Shown piece by piece: positions 13,641 through 27,410 of a DNA stretch of 64,000 bases; the stretch's first letter is position 1, and every line of letters starts with the position of its first letter. Source of the DNA: the human T2T-CHM13v2.0 reference genome, Homo sapiens; the NCBI RefSeq assembly GCF_009914755.1, contig NC_060938.1. One strand, written 5' to 3'. The position numbers and the translations under genes were made by a program. The notes beneath the pieces are model-generated. The model did no database searches, was not told the origin of the DNA, and worked only from the letters and a program-made list of their open reading frames with translations.

Positions 13641-14152
13641 ACACAACCAACTTTCCTACACTAAACTTGTGTGCTTCAGTCCATGACTTAAAATCCTTGT
13701 ATGTGTGTGAAGAAACTAATATTCTTTCTGAAATGACCACTGCCTGACATCTGCCTTGCTTGAAATATTAGGATTCTCCTACCTCCTATTGCCATAGGTG
13801 AAATGATTTGAAGTTCACTCATACATTTATTGAGGACTTACTTTCTTCCTCAAGAGGCTTACAGTCTAACAGTAAGAAAGAAATGCAAACAATTACACTC
13901 CTGGGTGTAACTGCCACTAAACAGCAGGCTGGTGCTAAACTGGCAGCAGGCAGAAAAGGAGAAGGACATGAGCCTGAAGGAGCTCAGGAGGCTTTGGAGA
14001 GAAGTGTGACTTGGATTCAGGCTTAGGGGTCAGAGGAGTCTACCAATTATGAGAGTGAGCAAGAGGCCTTCCAGACAGAACCTAAAGAATGACCTTTAAA
14101 GTACTTTAAATGTATATTTAACAGTTTTGAATGCATATAAATCCTAAATTCT

Positions 14153-14728
<576 letters not shown>

Positions 14729-16060
14729 TAAATTCTAAATCCTTATAAGTTATACATCCATATTAAAACACTCATCATTGTATACTTTTTCCATTTTTTC
14801 CAAGGACTCTAATTGAGATAATAAAAGTAATAAAGATTTATGTTTTTTGTGATTCATGAGAAAAACTTCTATAGGAATAAGCATTGATAGGAATAAATTG
14901 ATAAAACCATATCAAACATTCTACTTTTACATATCTGTTATTAACTGGGAGGCAATACAGCAGCACCTTGATGTCTGGTGTAAGGAATTGCCTGCGGAGG
15001 TTCATGGTGTTCTCTCAAATAAAAATTCCATCCAGAATCACATCATCATCACCATCACTACCACCATCATTATCTCAGCTAATACGTTTATAGAGTGTAT
15101 GCGCCAGGCACTGTTGCAAGCATTTGATATATAGGAATCCATTCATTCCCAAAATGATAAACACATCCTCATACCAAAAGTCAATGATCTTTTTTCAATT
15201 TTTGCTGAAATTTTCTAACTTGATAAGCAATTTTTACATTGGCTAGAGCATTCCGAGCACAGGTTTACAAATCATTTGTTATCTCTCTGTGGAGACATCC
15301 CTTTCTATAGACTTTTGAACTTTTACTTCATATCATACCCACCACTTAGCTCTTAGCTTTCTTTTCTGCTCTACTTTTCACAGACAAACTAAGTTTTTCT
15401 TCTTCTCAAGAGTTACAATATATTGATGACCAGACCGGAAGAACCAAGTTACCCTGAAAAGTTCTGTAGGATAGTCAGCTGGGCTATGCTCTGACTATGC
15501 CTATCCAGTACAAATAATTCAAATCCATGCTTCAGCAAAATGACAAATTAATACCTGTCAGGACTTTGGAACCACATATGAGTGACATCAAAGGTAATAA
15601 ATCCAAAGGCTACTGTATATCACCGCTGAAATTAGAAGGTAGCATGATATGTAGTCTATATAATAAAAATTGTTCTAAAATTTAGGAATAAAGGTTTAAA
15701 ACCACTGCTATCAAATTTCCTTTTTATTTTATCTTGATGCATCAAATGTGTTCTTTTTATATGTTATTCACATATTCCATCAAACTTGAAATTAACCCAC
15801 TATAAGAAAAATTAACGCTGCAAATTCTGTCTCAAGCTCCCTTAAAATGAGATTATTATAAAATTAGAAGCTGAATTGTATGTCTGAGTAAAAACATGCC
15901 CATAAATAGTATAACCTGTAAATGCAGAAAGTAGGAAATAAATCTCAATTATCACAGAAAATTTAACCTCAGTTTCAAGGCATTAACAGAAAGTTTAGTA
16001 TTTTCTGGAGTTTTAATAAATTTTAGGCAAATTCTGACTCATTATTTCATGATTCCATCA

Positions 16061-16066
16061 TTTAAT
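16061..16066 (-). terminator. Candidate proximal poly(A) signal ATTAAA
   Basis: Minus CTGTAATATGTATATTAAATG: two upstream TGTA motifs, ~320 nt after the candidate stop. Confidence 0.35.
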
Positions 16067-16372
16067 ATACATATTACAGTGTTTTCCAAACCATGTCTGA
16101 ATGTGCGTGGTAAGCCGAATTTCCCCAACTTTAGTAATAGCGATTTGGCTTAAAGGACTCAATTTTCATAATAGATCAAACACTTAGGACACTCAGTGTA
16201 GAACAACTGCTCTTGAAGTTACAAGAATCACCACAAAGAATCCACAGTGCGGGGCTGTGTTTAACTTGTCATTCCCACTGTCAGAATGACAAAACTGATT
16301 TGATCATAAATAGTCTCCAAAGAAGGCCAGTGTGTTTTGGGGACACACCAACCTGGTCCAACCACTGTGAAC

Positions 16373-16442
16373 TTAGAATTCGGAGAGCATGGTATCAGAC
16401 TTCTTTGGGGGAGAGTGGTGGATTGCGCAGCTCAGAGTCTAG
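16373..16442 (-). CDS. Candidate coding part of a terminal exon: LDSELRNPPLSPKEV* (acceptor 16442, stop 16395-16397) or TLSCAIHHSPPKKSDTMLSEF* (acceptor 16438, stop 16373-16375); protein not identified
   Basis: Minus aagttttgtttag|CTAG|ACT tandem acceptor; jump in GC and CpG retention; followed by UTR-like sequence and poly(A) signals. Confidence 0.4.
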
Positions 16443-18198
16443 CTAAACAAAACTTAAATTGTTTATTTAAAAATATATGCTCCAAGAACCCTAATAATTG
16501 GAGTAGCATTTGAAAATAATAGCTTCAACAAATATAATTTTTAAAGACTTCCTGGCATTGAGAAATGCTGTTCTATGGGTGTGAAATAGAACACCAGGCT
16601 TTCTCCCACTGAAATCTGAGAGACACGGAGCTTGTTTTAACTATTCGTATGTCTATGTTGGCTTTACAGATAAAGATCAACTCAATGGCATTTTAGAAAA
16701 TTAGTTGTGTCTAATCCCCAGTGTCCTAGTCGACATTTCCTTTATTAATAGAACAGGATACACATGGCTATGGGTGACCTCTTACTGGGTTTGCTATGAC
16801 TATTGTAGCAGCCTGCAAAGTACAGCTGCTCTGTGAAGTACACCAGGATGCTCCAAGGGGGAAAACGCTTCATCAGTTTTCTCCTTAGCTTTCTGTATCT
16901 TAACCATCAAAGTTTCTTGAGCATTTGCAGGCTTGTTTTCAAAAATCTCTTAATATATAAGTAACACAAATAGACAACAAAACACTGATTTCTAAATTGC
17001 CCTCCAAAAACTACACCTAATATTTTGTTAGTGCACACTTTCATATAAAAGTACAACTGGTGATTTTTTTGTAAAATATTTACCCCTCACCCCCCTCACC
17101 ACTCTGAAATTGTCATAAGTCATCCAGTAACAAATGGTGAGTAGGCCAGCGTTTATTTCCTTATTCTTTCCTACTGCCTTCTTTCCTTCTTTTCTTTACT
17201 TTTTATTTATTTTCTTTTTCTGAAGTACAGGCAAACCTCAGAGGCACTGCAGGTTAGGTTCCAGACCATTGCAATAAAGCAAGTCACATGAATTTTTTGG
17301 TTTCCCAGTGCATATAAAAGTTATGTTCACACCATTAAGTCTATTAGTAGCAGGCTATATATTCTATTAAGTGTTAAATAGCATTATGTATAAAAATAAT
17401 ATACAGATCTTAATTTCAAAAATACTTTATTGCAAAAAAATCCTAATGATCATATGAGCCTTCAGCGAACTGTGATCTTTTTGCTGGTGGAGGGTCTTGC
17501 CTTCACATTGGTGAAGGCAAGGTCCCAACTGATCAGAGATGACCTTGCTGAAGATTGGGGCAGCTGTGGCAGTTTCTTTAAAATAAGACAACAATTACTT
17601 TTGCCTCATCAATGAACTCTTCCTTTCACAAAAGATTTTTCTATAGATTTTTCTATTTTCTAATGCCTTTTGAGACCATTTTCCCCAGAGTAGAACTTCT
17701 TTCAAAATTAGAGTTAATCCACTTAAACCCTGCAACTGATATGACAACTAAGTTTATGAAATGTTCTCAATCCTTTGTTGTCATTTCGACAATGTTCACA
17801 GTATCTTTTCCAGGAGCAGATTCCATCTCAAGAAACCACTTTCTTTGCTCATCCATAAGAAGCAACTTACTATCCATTCAGGTTTTATCCTGAGATTGAG
17901 CAATTCACCCTCCACTTCTAATTCTCGTTCTCTTGCTATTTCTACCAAATCTGCTCTTGAACCCCTCAAAGTCTTCTATGAGAATTGGAATTAATTTTTT
18001 CCAAACTCCTGTCAATGTTGATATTTTGACCTCCTCCCATGAATCATAAATGCTCTTAATGGCATTCAGAATGATAAATTCTTTCTAGGTTTTCAACTTA
18101 TTTTGCCCAGATCCATCAGAAGAATCACTATCTATGGGAGCTATAGCCTTCCAAAATATAATTCTTTAATAACAAGACTTGAACATTGAAATTACTCC

Positions 18199-18438
18199 TC
18201 AATCCATGGGCTGCAGAATAAATGTTGTGTTGGCAGGCATGAAAACAACATGAATCTCTTTATACACCTCAATTAAGGCTCTTGAGTGACCAGGTGCATT
18301 GTCAATGAGCAATAATATTTGGAAAGAAATCTGTTTTTCTTGGCAGTAGGTCTTCATTGTGGGCTTAAGATATTCAGTAAACCATGCTGTATACAGATGT
18401 ACTGTCATCCAGGCTTTGTTGTTCCATTTATAGGGCAC
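18199..18438 (-). pseudogene. Tigger1 (pogo-family DDE) transposase remnant
   Basis: [10 protein letters not shown]...[15 protein letters not shown]...[14 protein letters not shown], with premature stop. Confidence 0.9.
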
Positions 18439-18459
18439 AGCAGATTTGGCATAATTCTT

Positions 18460-19957
18460 TATTATTATTATTATTATACTTTAAGTATTAGGGTACATGT
18501 GCACAACGTGCAGGTTAGTTACATATGTATACATGTGCCATGCTGGTGTGCTGCATCCATTAACTCGTCACTTAGCATTAGGTATATCTCCTAACGCTAT
18601 CCCTCCCCCCTCCCCCCACCCCACAACAGTCCCCAGAGTGTGATGTTCCCCTTCCTGTGTCCATGTGTTCTCATTGTTCAATTCCCACCTATGAGTGAGA
18701 ACATGCGGTGTTTGGTTTTTTGTCCTTGTGATAGTTTGCTGAGAATGATGATTTCCAATTTCATCCATGTCCCTACAAAGGACATGAACTCATCATTTTT
18801 TATGGCTGCATAGTATTCCATGGTGTATATATGCCACATTTTCTTAATCCAGTCTAGCATTGTTGGACATTTGGGTTGGTTCCAAGTCTTTGCTATTGTG
18901 AATAGTGCCACAATAGACATACGTGTGCATGTGTCTTTATAGCAGCATGATTTTAGTCATTTGGGTATATACCCAGTAATGGGATGGCTGGGTCAAATGG
19001 TATTTCTAGTTCTGGATCCCTGAGGAATCGCCACACTGACTTCCACAATGGTTGAACTAGTTTACAGTTCCACCAACAGTGTAAAAGTGTTCCTATTTCT
19101 CCACATCCTCTCCAGCACCTGTTGTTTCCTGACTTTTTAATGATTGCCATTCTAACTGGTGTGAGATGGTATCTCATTGTGGTTTTGATTTGCATTTCTC
19201 TGATGGCCAGTGACGGTGAGCATTTTTTCATGTGTTTTTTGGCTGCATAAATGTTTTCTTTTGAGAAGTCTCTGTTCATCTCCTTCGCCCACTTGTTGAT
19301 GGGGTTGTTTGCTTTTTTCTTGTAAATTTGTTTGAGTTCATTGTAGATTCTGGATATTAGCCCTTTGTCAGATGAGTAGGTTGCGAAAATTTTCTCCCAT
19401 TTTGTAGGTTGCCTGTTCACTCTGATGGTAGTTTCTTTTGCTGTGCAGAAGCTCTTTAGTTTAATTAGATCCGATTTGTCAATTTTGGCTTTTGTTGCCA
19501 TTGCTTTTGGTGTTTTAGACATGAAGTCCTTGCCCATGCCTATGTCCTGAATGGTAATGCCTAGGTTTTCTTCCAGGGTTTTTATGGTTTTAGGTCTAAC
19601 GTTTAAGTCTTTAATCCATCTTGAATTAATTTTTGTATAAAGTGTAAGGAAGGGATCCAGTTTCAGCTTTCTACATATGGCTAGCCAGTTTTCCCAGCAC
19701 CATTTATTAAATAGGGAATCCTTTCCCCATTGCTTGTTTTTCTCAGATTTGTCAAAGATCACATAGTTGTAGATATGCGGCGTTATTTCTGAGGGCTCTG
19801 TTCTGTTCTGTTGATCTATATCTCTGTTTTGGTACCAGTACCATGCTGTTTTGGTTACTGTAGCCTTGTAGCATAGTTTGAAGTCAGGTAGCGTGATGCC
19901 TCCAGCTTTGTTCTTTTGGCTTAGGATTGACTTGGCGATGCGGGCTCTTTTTTGATT
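18460..19957 (-). mobile_element. 5'-truncated L1PA3-like LINE-1 (1.5 kb)
   Basis: ORF2 C-terminus ([11 protein letters not shown]...[16 protein letters not shown]...SLIGGN*) with one frameshift near 18953; primate 3'UTR; perfect 15-bp TSD TTTGGCATAATTCTT at a TT/AAGA endonuclease site. Confidence 0.95.
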
Positions 19958-21159
19958 TTTGGCATAATTCTTAAGGGCCTTAGGATTTTCAAAATAATCA
20001 GTGAGCACTGGCCTCAACTCACCAATTGCATTAGCTCCTAAAAAGACAGTCAGCTTGTCCTTTAAGCTTTGAAGCCAGGCAATGACTTCTCTCTAGCTAT
20101 GAAAGTCCCAGATGGCATCTTCTTCCAATAAAAGGCTGTTTCATCTACATCGAAAATCTATTGCTTACTGTAGCCACCTTCATCAACGATCTTAGCTACA
20201 TCTTAGCTACATTAACACTGACTGTTTCACCTTGCACTTTTCTGTTATGAAGACAGATTATTTCCTCAAACCTCCTGAACCAATCTCTGCTGGCTTCAAA
20301 CTTTTCTTCTGCAGCTTCCTCACCTCTCTCAGCCTTCACAGAATTGAAAATAGTTAGGGCCTTGCTCTGGATTAGCTTTTGGCTTAAGGGAAGGCCATGG
20401 CTCGTTTGATCTTCTATCCAGACTACTAAAACTTTCTCTGTATCATCAATAAAGTTGTTTCACTTTCTTATCATTTGTTTGTCCACTGGAATAGTACTTT
20501 TCATTTACTCACTTCAATAACTTTTCCTTTGCACTCACAATTTGGCTAACTGTTTAGTGCAAGAGGCCTAGCTTTTGGCCTATCTTAGCTTTTGGCATGT
20601 CTTCCTCACTAAGCTTAATCATTTCTGGCTTTTGATTTAAAGTGACAGACCTCTGACTCTTCCTTTCACTTGAACACTTAGATGTCACTGTAGGCTTACT
20701 AAATGGCCTAATTTTAATATTGTTGTGTCTCTTGGAATAGGCAGGCCCAAGGAGAGGTAGACAGAGAAACAGTCTGTGGAGCAGTCAGAACACATTCAAC
20801 ATTTATCAATTAAGTTCACTGTTTTACATGTACATGGTTCATGGTGCTCAAAACCAAATACAATAGTAACATCAAAGATTACTGATCATAGAACATCATA
20901 ACAGATGTAATAATAATAATGAAAACATTTGAAATAGTGTGGGAATTGTCAAAATGTGACACAGAGACTCCAAGTGAGCACACGCTGCTGGGAAAATGGT
21001 GCCAATAGACTTTCCAGACACAGGGTTGCCGCAATCCTTCATTAGTAAAAAAACGCAGTATCTGCGAAGTGCAATAATAAAATGAAGTATGCCTGTATCT
21101 GAATGTTTTTTGCTTCTTCATTTCTAAAATCACTTATTATTATTATTATTTTTCGCATA

Positions 21160-23340
21160 ATATGAATAAACAAAAAAACCCAGAATGGCCAATGAACAAA
21201 TGAAAAGATTTTCAACGACATGCATCAAGGAAAGGGAAGGTAAAATAACACTAAGATAATATTTTCCTCTTTTGGATGGGACAATATAAAATTGAAGGAA
21301 TCCAGCACTGGGGTAATTGACACTCTAATACATGGTTAATGGTGCAATCCCTTTCATGTACCTAAATTTTCATCCAGCAATTCTACTTTTTGGAATCTGT
21401 CTTACAGAAATACTTGTAAACTATGCAATGATATACATAATAATGACATATATGGAAATTGATTAAATTATGGTAGAGCTATATGATCACTCAACTTAAA
21501 AAAAAAGTAAATCTGTATCACAAATATGAAGGAATCCCCATGGTATTTTTTAATAAGAAAGAACAAATAGTAAAATAATGCTTATAGTATAATCTTTTCT
21601 TTACATGTACATATACATTGTCAAATTAATTTAGCTGCCTACATAAAAATTTCTATTTACAGACAAATGTCTCAAATTTAATACCTCCAAAATTGAGCTA
21701 CTGATCTTTCCCTCAACACTGTTACCTATCTTACAAATTGGCACCTCTCTCCTCTCACCTGCTCATTCAATAAACCAGTGACATGAGGTGACAGATCTGT
21801 TAATTATCTTGATTATGAGAATCATTTCACAATGCACACATACATCAAAGCACTACATTGTATTCCATATACATACACAATTTTTATTTGTCAGTTATAC
21901 CTCAATAAAGCTAGTGTTGGGGAAAGAAATCAGGAACATCTCCTCTTTCGTATTCCCTATCTCCAATCCAATCCTAAACATGTTGCAAATGTGTCTACTC
22001 TTCACTGTCTCCATTGTCATTACCCTTGTCTAAGTCTCCACCACATTTTACCTATTACAATAATTTCCTATCTGATTTCTTGTCTACTCTTGCAGATTTC
22101 TCATCTAGTTTTCACATCTGTTTTTAAAACACAATTTGGAGCACATCCCTTCATGCACTCTAAGTGCGTGGCTTCCCTTTGCACTTAGAGGAAATCTACA
22201 CTTCTTGGCTTACACCACCCGCATAATTTCAACACAAATGACTTCTCTGACTAATGACATTATTTTTATAACAGCAATAATAATATTGCCAAATATTATT
22301 ATTTTCTTGCTTAGGTTTCAAAAAAATGGTTTAAAAGATGGAACTATTAGAAAATACTCTGAATATAGCTGTGGGTTTATCCCAGGATCTACAGTTTGAA
22401 CGTTATGTCTTGCTCCATCCTCTGCAATTGCATCCTTGTGGTTTCCCTGATATTCTTGCCCCTCCAATCTATTCTCCACACAGCATCAACAAAGGTCATC
22501 TTGCATCAGTAATATATTCATGACATTCCTTTGCTTAAGAGCCTTCAATGGTCAATGACAGCCTGACCTAGCCCCTGCCCACCAGCTCTCCAACCTCATC
22601 TCATGCCATTGGTTCCTTGATTACTATACTTCAGCCATGTGGCCTCTTCTCAGTTGCTCAGACACACCAAACTCTTCCTTATCTTGGAACTTTGTATGTG
22701 CTTCTCTGCTTGAAATACTTTGCCCTCTAGGCCTTATACGGCTGGCTCTTTCTTATATTTTTGGTCTCATTTTAAAAGCCACTTTTTCAGAGAGGCCTTC
22801 ATTGACCAGTTTTTCTTTCTTCACATCCTATTCATTTCCTTAATATCACATATCACAAGTGAAATAGTTTACTTGTTTGTCCTCTGTCTTCTCAATATTC
22901 TGGAAGTTCTATGCAACATAGCAATAATAAAGGCATTGGTAGTGGGAGCTCTGGGGCATGCCTGAAGAGTTAGAAAGACATTTCAGCATATAGCATTAAG
23001 TCTTGAATTTAAGGAAATGTGTTAGGAGGGGAAATGAGGAAGGTCATTCCAGGTCAAGGAGACAACTGGTAAAAAAAAATTAAAAAAGTGTGTAAGAGGA
23101 TGTCAAATCCCAGGAGACTGCGAGAGGTATTTGGGGCCTAAAAAGGGAAGTGAGTAACAACCCACTGAGGCTAGAAAGGGACATTGGGGCTGGAAAGACA
23201 GGTAAGACCAGATGGTGAAGAACTAAGGAGGCTTTGATCATCCTTGAACACTGGGGAGCCACAGCAAGTTTTTTTAAAAAAAGAGTGAAATTAAAGATGT
23301 AAGATATAGATGGAATAAAAGGAGGAAAGACAGAGATAAC
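21160..23340. mobile_element. Mosaic of old L1M and L2 fragments
   Basis: L1-like AATGGCCAATGAACAAATGAAAAGAT; L1M 3' end ...TTATACCTCAATAAAGC (21780-21912); L2-like pyrimidine-rich and purine-rich blocks. Confidence 0.6.
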
Positions 23341-26300
23341 CTCCTAAAAGACAAATCTGTAGTTCTATCTCTCCTCACTAATAAAATAAATATAGGCAAT
23401 CTAAACATGTGAGATAAAATAAGTATAATTTTTATTTAAAGTTGAATAGATAAGAAAATAATACATGTAAACATTTAGTATAAATTCAAATACATTCTAA
23501 AGTTAAACTCTTATAAATAATGTAGTTTTAAGAATGCCAGCTAATTTTCCAAAGAAACCAGTGCCAACACTGTGTTAAATAAAACTCGATGTAGTTAATA
23601 AGAGTAAGTGCAGAGCTATTTGCCCTAAATAATAAAAAAAGTTTGAGGATTATAATCCATATATCACTCTGGTAAGCTGTACATAGTAAGGTTGCTGATT
23701 TATAAAAAAACAAACAAACTATAACATTTCAAGATACTAGTACATAAATAAGTCATTAGATTGAGAAGCTTAATGACTTGCAAAATACATGAAACTTAGT
23801 ATTTCCCATTTAGAGATTCACCTAATCATCTCAAAAAAAAACACAGTAAATATGAAAAAGTCACTTTTTTTTTTTCAAATCACAGAGTTTAGATGTGACC
23901 TGATTTGACTCCAAATTCCACTGGACATTCTGTTACAAAATAATCAGAAATATACAATGTACTTGTTCAATTTGTTTGTACTATGTAAAATTGATTTTTT
24001 TCTTTAATACTAAAATTTGGTCCATCTGTCGGGAAAACAGAAAATGTTCTAAATATATACAAAGACTGGAAATGCTCCATTCCACTGGCTGTATCCTGTG
24101 GTATATGCATTTTCATCAGTATGTTTGTCTTGCAGACAAAATGAATATCAGATGGTGGTTTTGAAAAAGGGCAGACCTAACATGAGGTGATTAGTTTCAA
24201 AAACAGATTTTTATTCTTGATAAATTATTACCAAATACAATCATCTGTTGATTGAGGATATAAAACAAATTGGTCATACTACAACCCACAGGTTAAATGA
24301 AAAACGGAAATAATAAGTTTATTTAACATGGTCTTGCATTAGGTTCCCAGCAGTGCAAATCTAAGGCAAATAATTAGATTTCCAATTTAAAGGTATACAT
24401 TTGTTAAGCCAGACGTTTCCTGAGGTCATCTATTTCTCTGTTGGCTAGTCTCACTGCACTGGCAATGTATTTAGGACATTTTCATTTAGAACTCTGTATT
24501 CCTACACCTTATATATTACCCTGTTCAAAGCCAGTGTTATAGTTTGATTCAGGGAAAACGCATAGTGGGCAAAGGACCGATTGTGATGATGACTGCTGGA
24601 TGCAAATAGGGTTCCACTACATTGTTATATAGATGTAAAGAGAACTAATGACTTTAAAGAAGGAAATCCTAGGGCCAGAGGGAGTGGGGAGTGGGCAGAA
24701 CTTATCAAGAGACCACTGCCAAACCAAACAAATGACAACCTCTTACACCAAGTAAATAGGACAACAAATACAGCACACTTAACATCTTAAACATCCACTT
24801 TTCTTTTTCTCAGGGCAACCTCTTCATTTTATGGTGAAAAATAAAAAGTTAAAAGACAATTGCTCTGATCAATAATATATTCTATTTTTACGAAACATAG
24901 CCACTAACCCTCCTCTTCCCCTCCTCTATTTCTTCAGTAATTTACAACTCTGCTATGTAATGTCTCTCTTGGGAGCAAAGAATCCCATTACAGATGATTC
25001 TTCTGTGCAGACTTCAGCTCTGTAAATCAACAGGCTGAGCTCTCTAACAGATTTTAAATCCCTGCTTGAGTTAGGTTGGTTCAACTTGTAAACTGGTCTG
25101 AAAGTTGGGGGCAGGGGAGGAAGGAGAGTTTGGTATCAGAATAAGTTTCAGGAAAAGAGCTTATAACACAATTTTTGTTTTTGTTGTCTTCCCCAGTAAC
25201 TATTGTGCATTGATGTAGAACAGGGGAGTTCTAGAAATAGCAGGGATTGAAAAAAGTATATACAAAGGAGATTCTCACCATAGGAGAACATTTGCAGGTG
25301 ATTCTAACAAGCCCAACAAAGTGTATCAGAAACATAAACTGTACTAATGCCTCCTTGGAGATAAGATATTTAAATGGTCTAGAGCATCTTGAAGAAATAA
25401 AGTTGTATAACAAAGGTGTGCCAGGGGCATTATTTATAAAATAAGCCTCTGAGAATTAGCTGCTTCATAGGGATTTTTTTTTTCCTACGAGGATTCATAT
25501 GCCTTTATTACTCAAAAAATGAAAAGTCCTCTAGAAATCCATTGATGACATACATGAAATTTGAGAGACTGCCATTATTTTTTGTATAATACATCTTGTA
25601 CAGCTAATATGTAGAGCATAACTAATTACATAAAAAAACTTACTTTGTAATAATAATTTTACACATATTATACTAACACTGATCACATTAGGAAACAGAC
25701 TTTCATATTTCCATTATTAAAAATCTAACATAGTATAGTTTTCAATGTTTCACAATAAAAAAGAAAACACTATGTTCAAATTAAGCTGTTACTGAAATAG
25801 AACAATAGTGAGAATAGGAACAGAGACAGCAACTCTGTACCCCAACCCAATTGTTTCTGAAAGTCAATTCCATAAAAAAATCCAGTCACTTGGGGTTAAC
25901 AAACTACCTTTTATGGTTATTATCAATGTATGAGATCTCTCTCTCAACAACCTCTTAGCAAAGTTCTTCCCAATCATCATCCTAGTATGAAGTCTCATCA
26001 GTTCAATCCTAGATCACCATATTTTATTTTGTCTACGAGTTTTGCTTTGAGTTTTTCCCAGCTCTTCGGCCTATGTGCAGATTAATCCTCCTAAAATATT
26101 ACCCTAACCATTAATTAATGAAGTCTGGAATGTAAAATATTTGCATTTACTCAGTCCTGTGGTCTCAGGGAACAACCTTTGACTATGCCCAAATGTCCTG
26201 AAAACTAATATTGTTGTTAGTAAAGGAGTGAGAGAATGAATGAATTAGGACAAATCATTTCTACCACACAATCGTCTTCAAGCAAGCACACTGAATTGTG

Positions 26301-27099
26301 AGTCAACATTTCCCTTTTAGTATAAAAACAATAGCATATAATTATTTAACTGAAGGAGGTTTTAGGAGATAACCTAAGAAAACTCTTGATGCAGACATGA
26401 CCGTCCATTTCAGGTAATTTCGTATAGGGTCCATTGCCTTCTGCAGGCCGTCAACACAACACAACTCTCAAATTTTGCCTCTGATTTCTGTGATTACCAA
26501 CAGGCTGAACACATCTCCAGGACAGTTTGGCTCCAGTTTGGCTCAGTTTGGCTCCTCTGGTCATAAGCTGAGTGACATTCTATAACCATCTTTGCTGTAA
26601 CTGGTTTTCTGGAATGGATCTAGCTGTCAATCTTTACTCCAAAAGTGTTCCCAAAGTCAGTCTTTTCCCCTAGTACAGATTATTAGGCAGGGATTCCTCT
26701 GTGCTGCCAGGAAACTTCAGATTAAATTTTTTAAAATGCAAGAAAAAGCCTTAGGGCACAATTGGACACCCATTTGCTGCTCTAAGAATGGAGTGTTTGT
26801 TTGAAATTGGTGCTCCATTGCTAAAGTTCAAGAGGAACTTAAAAAAAAAATCAGTGTTTGAAAGATCCAATTTCCTTGTACTTTTGGTCAAGGGTTCATA
26901 GCTACTTCTGTTAGAAAGAGCATTAACTTACCTTAGCAAAAGCAAAAAAATTTAAGACCAGTGGATTCCTTTTCTCCATCTATTGATTCATCAATAACTT
27001 TCTTCTGAAACCATCTGTGCCTTTGTATCCAAGAGCCTCATTCCCTACTTATTTGGCCTTTACAATCTCAAGTGCAAATAATAAATACTGAACTCCCAG

Positions 27100-27410
27100 A
27101 ACACCCTTCCAAATATTCTTTGCTCCTACTTAGGCTTGCTTCAAATAATACTTCTTTGGCTTCTGATTAACAATTCTCTCATGTGTGCTCTCACAGAACA
27201 CTGTCTCCCCACCGCCATCTGCCTCTCTCCTGCACCGAGAATGGAGCACTCACCACTTTCTATTACAGTGGTTGCATGAGTTTGTTTCCAGCTTAGCCTC
27301 TGAGCTCCAGATAGACAAAGGACCATGTTTTACTCACCTTTGAATTTCAAACCGCAGCATAGTATTTAACATATACTAGGTGTTCCATAAATTGATTTCC
27401 TGAATTGAAC
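27100..27410 (+). mobile_element. L2 3' end
   Basis: TGAGCTCCAGATAGACAAAGGACCATGTTTTACTCACCTTTG...TAGGTGTTCCATAAA. Confidence 0.65.

Larger units (their letters stand above)
17228..21095 (-). mobile_element. Essentially full-length Tigger1 DNA transposon (~2.35 kb) interrupted by L1PA3
   Basis: TIRs CAGGCAAACCTC / GAAGTATGCCTG with TA TSDs; transposase motifs in ORF 18199-18438 ([20 protein letters not shown]). Confidence 0.95.

Noticed and set aside
15555-15625. 71-nt minus-strand exon-like segment (aatttcag / CAG|gtatta)
   Set aside because: Stops in all three frames, modest donor, and it lies within the candidate UTR
16266-16292. Iron-responsive element (CAGUG in loop)
   Set aside because: No 5-bp upper stem closing a CAGUGH hexaloop and no bulged C at the required position
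18953-20017. 354-aa ORF as a cellular gene or active L1
   Set aside because: 5'-truncated L1 ORF2 C-terminus lacking the endonuclease and RT core, frameshifted, fused to transposase remnant
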